Shown one piece after another: positions 56,397 to 64,000 of a stretch of 64,000 nt of DNA; position 1 is the stretch's first letter; the number at the start of each line of letters is the position of its first letter. Both the position numbers and the translations under genes were made by a program. The notes below the pieces were generated by a model. The model searched no databases and was not told the origin of the DNA. It saw only the letters and a list, made by a program, of their open reading frames with translations. This stretch comes from Candidatus Moraniibacteriota bacterium (GTDB taxonomy: Bacteria; Patescibacteriota; Minisyncoccia; Moranbacterales; UBA1568): positions 194,979 through 258,978 of the forward strand of contig CP064975.1 of assembly GCA_016699425.1 (NCBI GenBank), given 5' to 3'.

Positions 56397-56903
56397 ATGA
56401 AACAACCAACCCTTCGACTTCGCTCAGGACAAGCTCTCGAGAGAGCAAAGCAATACTGGCTTCTGAAGAGCGAGCCGGGCGAATATTCGATCGATGATTT
56501 GAAGCGCGATGGTGAAGCGCCCTGGTATGGCGTACGGAATTATCAAACGCGGAACTTCATGCGTGACGGGATGCGACCGGGCGACGCGGTACTCTTTTAT
56601 CATTCGAGTTGTCCGGAGCTGGGGGTCGCTGGTCTGGCTGAAGTGGCGAGTGATCCGTATCCCGATGCGACCCAGTTCGATCCGAAAAGTGTGTACTACG
56701 ATCCAAAGGCAACAAAAGAAAAACCACGCTGGACTTTAGTGGATGTGAAATTCAAAAAGTGTCTCAAACGGGTTGTTTCGCTGGCAACACTGCGGGAAGA
56801 AAAACGACTTGCTGATCTTATTATCCTGCGCCCAGGAAACCGCTTGTCGATTACGCCGGTAACCGAGAAAGAGTTTGAAGTGATTGCTGCGCTGGCTGCT
56901 TAG
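56397..56903 (+). CDS. EVE (PUA-like) domain protein
   Basis: YWLLKSEPGEYSIDDL...WYGVRNYQTRNFMRD...GDAVLFYHS, EVE-domain signatures. Internal Met 56397 of ORF 56340..56903. Confidence 0.7.
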   Translation: MKQPTLRLRSGQALERAKQYWLLKSEPGEYSIDDLKRDGEAPWYGVRNYQTRNFMRDGMRPGDAVLFYHSSCPELGVAGLAEVASDPYPDATQFDPKSVYYDPKATKEKPRWTLVDVKFKKCLKRVVSLATLREEKRLADLIILRPGNRLSITPVTEKEFEVIAALAA

Positions 56904-57907
56904 TGGCCGCCGGGGACGATATTTTGGCAGGAGCCATCGACGAAGCAGGTGATGTTATCAACCGTGGTCTCGAGGATCCGATGGAGGGCTTCCTCGGAGT
57001 AGAAGGCGATGTGCGGCGTGTAGACGACATCGTCGCGGCCGAGGAGGATATGGTCTTTGACGAGTTCCTGGAGCTCTTGCGGGTCACGATTGGTGGCAAG
57101 GAGCTCTTTTTCTTCACGGATGAGGTGTTCACCCTCGATGACATCGAGACCGGCACCACGCAGGATCCCAGCATCCAGTCCATGGATGAGCGCGTCATTG
57201 TCCACGAGCTCGCCCCGCGCCGTATTGATGAGGATCGCCCCACGTTTTATCTGCTCGATGTTTTTCTCATTGATGAGGTGATGGGTCGCAGGGGTGTAGG
57301 GCGTGTGCAGGCTGATGATGTCGGATTCGGCCAAGAGCTGCTCGAAGGGAACGTACTGGAAATGGAGCACTTCCGAGAGAAAGGTATTCTGATAGTTGTC
57401 GAACGCGAGGACATTCATACCGAAACCACGAGCGATTCTGATGACATGGAGGCCGATCTTTCCGGCACCGACGACCCCCAGGGTCTTGCCTTTGAGGTCG
57501 AAACCCTTGAGTCCTTCGATGGAGAAGTTGTTGCGCAGGCGGCGGACATGCGAGCGGTGGACATTGCGTGAGAGCGCGAGGATGAGCGCGAAGGCGTGCT
57601 CGGCGACCGTGTTCTCGCCATACGAGGGGACATTGGCGACGATGATGCCGCGTTCCTTGGCGGCCGCGACGTCGATATGATCGAAACCAGTGGACCGTGT
57701 CGCGATGAGTTTGAGTTTGGGGAGCTTCTCAAGTATCTCTCGCGTGATACGGCTGTAGATAAAAATTGAGAGTACCTCACACTCGGCGAGCTCAGCCAGC
57801 TGACTTTCTTCGAGCGGTTGATCAAAAAATTGCAGAGTATGACCGGCCAGACGTTCTTCGAGCACTGGCTTCTCCCAATTCTGCATCTCAGTAAAGGCGA
57901 TACGCAT
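56900..57907 (-). CDS. D-isomer-specific 2-hydroxyacid dehydrogenase (D-lactate/phosphoglycerate dehydrogenase family)
   Basis: NAD-binding GVVGAGKIGLHVIRIARGFGMNVLAFD, catalytic ...TARGELVD...GAGLDVIEGEH. Its stop overlaps the EVE gene stop by 4 nt (convergent). Confidence 0.85.
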   Translation of the reverse strand: MRIAFTEMQNWEKPVLEERLAGHTLQFFDQPLEESQLAELAECEVLSIFIYSRITREILEKLPKLKLIATRSTGFDHIDVAAAKERGIIVANVPSYGENTVAEHAFALILALSRNVHRSHVRRLRNNFSIEGLKGFDLKGKTLGVVGAGKIGLHVIRIARGFGMNVLAFDNYQNTFLSEVLHFQYVPFEQLLAESDIISLHTPYTPATHHLINEKNIEQIKRGAILINTARGELVDNDALIHGLDAGILRGAGLDVIEGEHLIREEKELLATNRDPQELQELVKDHILLGRDDVVYTPHIAFYSEEALHRILETTVDNITCFVDGSCQNIVPGGH

Positions 57908-57996
57908 AGCAGTTCATCTCATGGATTGACAATGCTATTATACAATCTACCCGGGTAAAAGCGAATCATGACCACCCGGACCTCGCTCCCTCGCGT

Positions 57997-59043
57997 ATGC
58001 ATGCCAGTCTCACGTTTCCACTCTCAGACCACTCACTCCCCGGCAATATCCTCCTGACGGATGCTCTGGGCATTGCTCGCTATGCCAATGAAGGGATTGC
58101 CGAGCGGACTGGTTTTTCGGTGGCCGAAATCATTGACTCCAAGCCGGGGCAACTCTGGGGCGGACAGATGTCACGGTCGTTTTATGATCGCATGTGGCAG
58201 TCGCTCCGGACGGACTCTGTACCGTTCGTCGGTCGAGTGACGAATCGAACCAAGCAAGGTGAACGCTACGAAGAGCTGTTGGCAGTCACGCCGCTCATGC
58301 GTTCCGATGGGGCGGTCGCTTATCTCGCGCTGCGTCCCGCCCATCTCGGGGAACAGGATCGATTCCTCGAAGAATGGCGGGGTGTCTTCGCCTCGCGTGC
58401 GACGAGTGCCGCGAAGGCACTGCCCTGGCTGCAGCGCTGGTTTCCTGAGTCGGGAGCTACGGACGCAGAGCCGGGTGCGACTTTGGCAGACTGGATTGAG
58501 ACACAGTGGGTGAAGCCGATACGGGCGCGGTTTCAACGCCGCTCGGAGGATCGGGTGCTCGTTGAGCGTGCACAGCGGGATCCGAATCAGTTCCGTCAGC
58601 TCTATGACAAGTATCATATGACCGTTCAAAAATATTTCGTGCGGCATCTGCCCGGCCAAGACGATCAGATCTCGGACTTGACCCAGGATACATTCGTCCG
58701 AGCCTTTGAACGACTGGATGGCTATGAGACTCGTAATGCTGCCTACGGCACCTACCTCCTTCGGATCGCGCACAGTGTGCTCTTGAATACCTATCGGCAT
58801 CAGGCCATGCTGGAGCTCTCGCCAGACTATAGCGTGCCAGAGACAGTCCGTCCGGCTGAGATGGACTGGATCTGGGAGACGCCCGAACTCAATCCGCGAG
58901 AACAAGTTGTCCTCTCGGCATATTACCGCGAAGGCTTTTCGGTCCGGGAAATCAGTCGGGGACTTGGGATCTCTGAAAATGCGACCAAACTCCTCATGTC
59001 GCGCGCGAGGAAGAAGATTCGGCCACTCTTGGGTAGTGTCTGA
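57997..59043 (+). CDS. PAS-domain-fused ECF-type sigma-70 factor
   Basis: N-terminal PAS (ILLTDALGIARYANEGIAERTGFSVAEII...GQLWGGQMSRSFY...TNRTKQGERY). Sigma region 2 LYDKYHMTVQKYFVRHL...DLTQDTFVRAFERLDGY. Region 4 HTH LNPREQVVLSAYYREGFSVREISRGLGISENATKLLMSRARKKIR. Confidence 0.7.
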   Translation: MHASLTFPLSDHSLPGNILLTDALGIARYANEGIAERTGFSVAEIIDSKPGQLWGGQMSRSFYDRMWQSLRTDSVPFVGRVTNRTKQGERYEELLAVTPLMRSDGAVAYLALRPAHLGEQDRFLEEWRGVFASRATSAAKALPWLQRWFPESGATDAEPGATLADWIETQWVKPIRARFQRRSEDRVLVERAQRDPNQFRQLYDKYHMTVQKYFVRHLPGQDDQISDLTQDTFVRAFERLDGYETRNAAYGTYLLRIAHSVLLNTYRHQAMLELSPDYSVPETVRPAEMDWIWETPELNPREQVVLSAYYREGFSVREISRGLGISENATKLLMSRARKKIRPLLGSV

Positions 59044-59204
59044 TTATTTTGAAAAATACTACAGGTTGTGTTTATAGTGTTATTTGACACCTTTTTCCTT
59101 ATACCGTGTTTAGTAGAGTAGGTGCCAGTATTTCACTGGTGTCGTGGTCTGTAACGCTCCTTTCGTTTCCAGTCCAGTGCCCGATAATCCGAAACACAAA
59201 CACT

Positions 59205-61322
59205 ATGCCGCTCTACAAGATCCAGAAACGCAATGGGGCCATCGTCGATTTCGAGCCCGGAAAGATCGAACAAGCTATCCATAAGGCGCTCGCCGCTGTC
59301 CGTACGCCTGACTCCGACCAAGCCAAGATCCTCGCGGTGGATGTCGCGACGCTTGCCGAGGAGCGTTATGGGGAGAAGATCCCGAGCGTGGAGGATATCC
59401 AGGATATCGTCGAGGAGACACTCATCCGCTATGACTACGCTGATGTCGCCAAGGCGTATATCCTTTATCGCGAGAAGCGGCGCGAAGTACGAGAGGACCG
59501 AAATGTGGTTGTGGAAGTCGAAAAGACCATTCAGGAATATCTTGACAAGCTCGATTGGCGGGTGAATGAGAACGCCAACCAGGGCTATTCACTCGGTGGC
59601 ATGATTCTGAACACGTCGGGGAAAGTCATCGCCAACTACTGGCTCTCGCATATCTATCCGAAGGCAGTGGGAGACGCCCACCGCAATGGTGACTATCACA
59701 TCCATGACCTGAGTATGTTCTCCGGGTACTGCGCGGGCTGGAGCCTGCGAGTCTTGCTCGAGGAGGGGTTCAATGGCGTGCCGAATAAGATTGAGTCGGG
59801 TCCGCCCAAGCACCTGTCATCGGCTGTCGCGATGATGGTAAATTTTCTTGGCACGCTTCAGAACGAATGGGCCGGGGCGCAGGCGTTTTCGAGCTTTGAT
59901 ACCTATCTCGCGCCGTTCGTGAAGAAATACGAGCTGGAGCTGCGGGCTGATGCCGAGGGTTATGGTTTGAAATTCTCCTCCGAGGAAGCGCAGCAACGTT
60001 ATCTCACGGACAAGGTCTATGACTATGTCTATCAGAACGTGCAGTCGTTTGTCTTCAATCTGAATATCCCATCGCGCTGGGGGACGCAGACGCCGTTTAC
60101 CAATATCACACTGGATTGGGACTGTCCGGCCGACATGCGGGACAAGCGGCTCATCCTTGGCGGCAAGCCATTTGGCTACACCTTCGGCCAGCTTCAGGGG
60201 GAGATGGATATCATCAATCGAGCCTTCATCGCGGTGATGTCGACCGGCGATGCGAAGGGACGGACCTTCACCTTCCCGATCCCGACCTATAACGTGACGA
60301 AGGACTTTGAATGGGGGGACCCGAAGAATCTTCCGCTTTTCGAGATGACCGCCAAGTATGGTACGCCGTACTTTCAGAACTTCGTCAATTCCGACCTAAA
60401 CCCGAGTGACGTGCGTTCGATGTGCTGCCGCTTACAGCTCGATCTCCGCGAGCTCCGGAAGCGCGGGGGTGGATTGTTCGGTTCGGCAGAGATGACCGGA
60501 TCGATCGGTGTCGTGACGATCAACCTGGCGCGCATCGGCTACCTCTGCCAGGGCGACAAAGATGTCTTCTTGAAACGTCTCGAGCATCTCATGGAGCTCA
60601 GTAAGACCTCGCTGGAGATCAAACGCACCGAGATACAGAAGTGGATCGACCGCGGACTGTTTCCCTACACGAAGCGCTATCTCGGGTACTTGAAAAATCA
60701 TTTTTCAACGATCGGGATCAATGGCCTGAATGAAGCGGTTCGTAATTTCACGGGTGATGCAGAAAATATCACGACGCTCGCCGGACAGACCTTCGCGTTG
60801 GAAGTGCTCGATTTCATGCGCGAGCGGATCAAAGACTATCAGGAAGAGACAGGGAATTTCTTCAATCTCGAGGCGACACCAGCTGAAGGGACGACGACCC
60901 GGTTCGCTCGGGAGGACAAGAAACGGTTTCCTGCTATCCTGCAGGCCGGCACAGCGGAGGCTCCATACTACACAAATTCGTCTCAGCTCCCGGTCGGCTT
61001 TACGGATGATGTGTTTGAAGTCCTCGCGCTTCAGGACAAACTTCAGACCAAGTATACGGGTGGGACAGTCCTGCACTGCTACATGAATGAGCGAGTCAGT
61101 TCCGGTGAAGCCTGCCGTAGCCTGGTCCGGAACATCCTCTCGAACTTCCGCCTGCCCTATATCACGATCACGCCGACCTTTTCGATCTGTCCCAAACACG
61201 GCTACCTCGAAGGCGAACACGACTTCTGTCCGAAATGCGACGCCGAGCTCGGGATTACGGACGGCGAACGATGTGATGGAACATCGCGCAAGATGTACAC
61301 GAGTCCGCAGGCGGAAAAATAA
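59205..61322 (+). CDS. nrdD: anaerobic ribonucleoside-triphosphate reductase NrdD (class III), lacking the glycyl-radical C-terminal segment
   Basis: ATP-cone MPLYKIQKRNGAIVDFEPGKIEQAIHKA, class III RNR core, C-terminal Cys cluster CPKHGY...FCPKCD, then a stop at 61320-61322. Internal Met 59205 of ORF 59106..61322. Confidence 0.85.
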   Translation: MPLYKIQKRNGAIVDFEPGKIEQAIHKALAAVRTPDSDQAKILAVDVATLAEERYGEKIPSVEDIQDIVEETLIRYDYADVAKAYILYREKRREVREDRNVVVEVEKTIQEYLDKLDWRVNENANQGYSLGGMILNTSGKVIANYWLSHIYPKAVGDAHRNGDYHIHDLSMFSGYCAGWSLRVLLEEGFNGVPNKIESGPPKHLSSAVAMMVNFLGTLQNEWAGAQAFSSFDTYLAPFVKKYELELRADAEGYGLKFSSEEAQQRYLTDKVYDYVYQNVQSFVFNLNIPSRWGTQTPFTNITLDWDCPADMRDKRLILGGKPFGYTFGQLQGEMDIINRAFIAVMSTGDAKGRTFTFPIPTYNVTKDFEWGDPKNLPLFEMTAKYGTPYFQNFVNSDLNPSDVRSMCCRLQLDLRELRKRGGGLFGSAEMTGSIGVVTINLARIGYLCQGDKDVFLKRLEHLMELSKTSLEIKRTEIQKWIDRGLFPYTKRYLGYLKNHFSTIGINGLNEAVRNFTGDAENITTLAGQTFALEVLDFMRERIKDYQEETGNFFNLEATPAEGTTTRFAREDKKRFPAILQAGTAEAPYYTNSSQLPVGFTDDVFEVLALQDKLQTKYTGGTVLHCYMNERVSSGEACRSLVRNILSNFRLPYITITPTFSICPKHGYLEGEHDFCPKCDAELGITDGERCDGTSRKMYTSPQAEK

Positions 61323-61353
61323 TTGATAAAACGAACTGATAAAAAACAAACCT

Positions 61354-61572
61354 ATGAATCAGGTTTCAAGCAAAGAGAGCGGAGTGGGAGCGGAAGCGAA
61401 CGCAGGACGCACGCGCTGTGAGGTCTGGACGCGGGTGATGGGCTATCACCGGCCAGTGTCGCACTTCAATATCGGGAAAAAGTCCGAACACTACTCGCGC
61501 AAGCATTTCGAAGAATGTGTCGCAGATAATAGCCAGTTTATCGAACGCTATCCGGTAGCCAGCAAGGCATGA
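61354..61572 (+). CDS. NrdD C-terminal glycyl-radical domain encoded as a separate ORF (split gene or frameshift)
   Basis: RTRCEVWTRVMGYHRPVSHFNIGKKSEHYSRKH matches the class III RNR glycyl-radical motif (RV.GY..P...N.GK..E...R). In a different frame from nrdD, with a 31-nt gap. Confidence 0.6.
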   Translation: MNQVSSKESGVGAEANAGRTRCEVWTRVMGYHRPVSHFNIGKKSEHYSRKHFEECVADNSQFIERYPVASKA

Positions 61573-62273
61573 AACTTTCTGCGATCCAAAAGTTCACGTT
61601 GCTCGATTATCCCGGCAAGGTGGCCTGCATCGCGTTTACGCCGGGTTGTGATTTGCGCTGCAGATTCTGTCACAATCCCGAGTTTGTGTTACCGGAACGC
61701 CTGTGTGCTTTGGCGGCGAGTTTTATCTCCGAGGAGCACTTCTTCTGTTTCCTCGCTGAGCGCCGGGGTTTGCTCGAGGGAGTTGTGGTGACTGGGGGTG
61801 AACCGACCGTCTGGAAAGATTTGCCCGAATTCCTCGCTCAGATCAAAGCTCTCGGATTCGCTACCAAGCTTGATACCAATGGTAATAATCCGGTGGCGTT
61901 GGCTCGAGTGATCGATCGTGGTCTCGTCGATTATATCGCGATGGATGTTAAGACATCACTCGCCGACTATCCGGCACTCGTCGGATCGAACGTTCGGCCA
62001 GAACATATCCGAGAGAGCATTGCGCTCATTCGAGCAAGCGGCGTCGAGTACGAGTTTCGCACAACCCTCATTCGTGAGCACCATACGGAAGCGGTGCTCG
62101 AGGCGATGAGGGAACTTTTGTCGGGCGCGACACAGATCTATTTCCAGACATTTCGGCCAGAGCACACGCTCGACCCGGCCTACGCTGGGTTTCATGGCTT
62201 TTCCCTGACCGAGATGGAAGTGATCGCTGAGCGCTTTGGTTCTCCGGGCCAGCCAGCCGGCATCCGAGTCTGA
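61569..62273 (+). CDS. nrdG: anaerobic ribonucleotide reductase activating protein NrdG (radical SAM)
   Basis: PGCDLRCRFCHNPEF (C..C...C radical-SAM cluster). ATGA overlap with the preceding ORF. Confidence 0.85.
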   Translation: MKLSAIQKFTLLDYPGKVACIAFTPGCDLRCRFCHNPEFVLPERLCALAASFISEEHFFCFLAERRGLLEGVVVTGGEPTVWKDLPEFLAQIKALGFATKLDTNGNNPVALARVIDRGLVDYIAMDVKTSLADYPALVGSNVRPEHIRESIALIRASGVEYEFRTTLIREHHTEAVLEAMRELLSGATQIYFQTFRPEHTLDPAYAGFHGFSLTEMEVIAERFGSPGQPAGIRV

Positions 62274-62301
62274 TATAATCGTGAATAGAAGGAAAACAAC
62301 G

Positions 62302-63120
62302 ATGTCTGAATATAAACTCTCGAACTCGCGCGACTACTTCATCGCCGCACTGGTTAGTGTGGTTCTCACCGTGTTCCTGGGGGTCTACCTCTTGCTCCGC
62401 CGTGGATATGTTTTTGCGGCACCGGTTTCGGCGGGCGCGCTGTATGTCCCAAACAAGGTACTCGCCGGTGTGGCTGTCGTTCTCATCGGTCTCTCGTTCT
62501 TGGTCGGTCCGCTGACGCGCTACTTCAACCGCTTCGACAGTTGGCTCAACTATCGCAAAGAGATTGGGATTGTTGGTGGGTTGTTTGGTATCCTTCATGG
62601 ACTGGTCTCAGTGTTTCTGATTCCAGAAAAATTCACCCTCGAAGGCCTTTTCTCTTCCTATTCCTTCGGGACGACGATTGCTGGGCTCATCGCTCTTCTC
62701 ATCTTCGCTGCGCTTATCGTGATTTCATATCAAGCGATGATCAAGCGGATCGGCGGTGTCCGCTGGTGGTTCCTGCAGCGCTGGGGCATCCGGATCGGTG
62801 TCGCGGCCCTGGCCTATCACGTCATCGCGATGAAATGGGTGGGCTGGGTGAAATGGTTTCAGGTCGGCGTCCCGAAAACACCCGAACTTGCCAATCCGTG
62901 GATGGCACCAGCGAGCCTACTTGTCACGCTCTTTCTCGTCTGGGTGGTGCTCATCCGTCTCTATGAAGCCGTCTTTCTCTTCCGGAGCCTCGGCTGGTCA
63001 GGGACTCGGGAAATTTCAAACGATGTCAGTCTGCTCCGTCGCGGCCGACGATTTGTTCAGTATAGCCTGATGCTTCTCATTGGGGCGTACGCAGTAGTTG
63101 TGTTTCGTTGGATGGTCTAG
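62302..63120 (+). CDS. integral membrane protein, 6 predicted TM helices (possibly ferric-reductase-like/YedZ-type heme-binding TM domain)
   Basis: GAAGGAAA RBS before ATG 62302. Helices with conserved His (GILHGLVSVF, AYHVIAMKW). Domain assignment is tentative. Confidence 0.5.
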   Translation: MSEYKLSNSRDYFIAALVSVVLTVFLGVYLLLRRGYVFAAPVSAGALYVPNKVLAGVAVVLIGLSFLVGPLTRYFNRFDSWLNYRKEIGIVGGLFGILHGLVSVFLIPEKFTLEGLFSSYSFGTTIAGLIALLIFAALIVISYQAMIKRIGGVRWWFLQRWGIRIGVAALAYHVIAMKWVGWVKWFQVGVPKTPELANPWMAPASLLVTLFLVWVVLIRLYEAVFLFRSLGWSGTREISNDVSLLRRGRRFVQYSLMLLIGAYAVVVFRWMV

Positions 63121-63422
63121 GGCAGTAGATGTGCCATGAAGGGCACTCTCCTTTCGGACATAGGTCAAACACTCACGAAAGATGGTTTGATATCTCCGTA
63201 CATGAGAGGTCGAACTCAGATCTTGGGTGTGATGGGTTTCGGACTGCAATGAGGAGCCAGCCGACGAGCACTCCGAGCAGGAGCGAATGAAATATATCTT
63301 TCCAAGTAATGAGGTATTGTCGGGGCATATGTTGGAAGAATTATCAGAAATTGAAACCGGACTTGATTGCCTTGCCTGAGGAATGGTGCAAGTAGGCACT
63401 TTCTGCCATAATAGCAATATAT

Positions 63423-63836
63423 ATGGGGACACTCAAAACAAGATGGTTGTTGTTCGTACTCGTGGGCTTGGCCTTTTTTGGGCCTTTTGCGGCCGTCCTC
63501 ACGATCGAGAAGGCGAAACGAGCGGAGAAGCTTGCTCAGCAGCAGCAGGAGATTGCTATCGCCCAGCGGGATGCTGAGACCGCTCGGTATCAGTACTATT
63601 TGGAGTTGGCTGACCGGAAGAATAATCTCAGACAGGCCATGCAGGAAGCGAAGACACAGTATGAACAGCTTCTGAAGGAACAGCCGGCGCTCATCAAAGA
63701 AAAGCAGACCACAGTCACTCAGACTGTCATTCAGCCAGTGGTCACTCAGAAAGTGGTCGAGCAGGCCGTTCCGGCTTCGAGCTCCGCTCCGTCAACGAGC
63801 CAGCCAAAGGCTTCTGCAAAGACCAAGACCTCATAA
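63423..63836 (+). CDS. membrane-anchored coiled-coil protein
   Basis: TM WLLFVLVGLAFFGPFAAVL, then Q/E/K-rich heptad-like region and a P/S/T-rich tail. Confidence 0.5.
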   Translation: MGTLKTRWLLFVLVGLAFFGPFAAVLTIEKAKRAEKLAQQQQEIAIAQRDAETARYQYYLELADRKNNLRQAMQEAKTQYEQLLKEQPALIKEKQTTVTQTVIQPVVTQKVVEQAVPASSSAPSTSQPKASAKTKTS

Positions 63837-63841
63837 AGCCT

Positions 63842-64000
63842 ATGCGATATTTATTCCGAACACTTGCTCTCGCTTCCTTCTCCCTACCCGTCGTGTTTCT
63901 TGTCTCCAACATGGTTCCTCCCCGAGATGCTTCTCCGAACTCGGCGGCGTTCATGACTGCCTTGGCTGAACGCGATGAGGAAGAGCATGAAGACGAAGAA
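63842..64000 (+). CDS. hypothetical secreted protein (5' part; continues past window end)
   Basis: ATG 63842, MRYLFRTLALASFSLPVVFLVSN signal-like N-terminus, open to the window end. Confidence 0.4.
   Translation, partial: MRYLFRTLALASFSLPVVFLVSNMVPPRDASPNSAAFMTALAERDEEEHEDEE

Noticed and set aside
59060-59100. NrdR box upstream of nrdD
   Set aside because: Only a half-site-like match (TTTATAGTGT) to the acaCwAtATaTwGtgt palindrome. Not convincing.

Overview
64 kb window at roughly 52-56% GC with about 50 protein genes. It most resembles a Patescibacteria/CPR-like (Candidate Phyla Radiation) bacterium: DUF4012 (domain of unknown function) and LTD/PKD (lamin-tail / polycystic-kidney-disease domain) surface proteins, an archaeal-type PGI/PMI (phosphoglucose/phosphomannose isomerase), rRNA genes carrying insertions, and weak or absent Shine-Dalgarno sites. 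The most unusual region is the rRNA locus at 5.3-10.7 kb.

- **rRNA locus (5.3-10.7 kb):**
  - A sigma70-like promoter drives a 23S-5S operon with no 16S gene upstream.
  - The 23S carries a ~390 nt intervening sequence at helix 25 (an expansion of the ~50 nt E. coli helix 24/25 segment). It encloses a fully canonical tRNA-Gly(GCC) with encoded CCA, bracketed by a 19-20 bp inverted repeat.
  - A ~500 nt expansion at helix 63 is built from rearranged 16S rRNA-derived segments.
  - A ~680 nt ORF-less intron-like insertion sits at the I-CreI homing site.
  - A further insertion lies near the 3' end.
  - The 5S gene is flanked by partial copies of its own 5' and 3' halves.
- **Housekeeping genes:** SEDS glycosyltransferase (RodA/FtsW), secG, RNase J, trpS (with an AT-rich ~90 aa insertion), ychF, groEL (with a CIRCE heat-shock operator, no groES), topA, dprA, rel, a Fur-family regulator plus metal ABC transporter operon, nrdD/nrdG, and a GDP-mannose pathway (PGI/PMI, ManC, PMM/PGM).
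- **Accessory content:**
  - Two paralogous secreted proteins share a duplicated 'MPTDNF' module.
  - A 2046 aa surface protein (LamG lectin-like domains, ~17 tandem repeats, multiple fibronectin type III domains) is followed by a MacB/FtsEX-like ABC pair.
  - Two signalling proteins 14 kb apart carry clearly homologous PAS domains: a membrane sensor-PAS protein with no output domain, and a PAS-fused ECF (extracytoplasmic-function) sigma factor.
  - There are two high-GC islands (4.45-5.15 kb; 24.7-26.4 kb).
  - nrdD has its glycyl-radical domain in a separate ORF.
  - A promoter/terminator-delimited candidate sRNA lies at 22.0-22.2 kb.

No CRISPR array or obvious transposase was seen. All functional calls rest on motif recognition by eye; no database searches were run.
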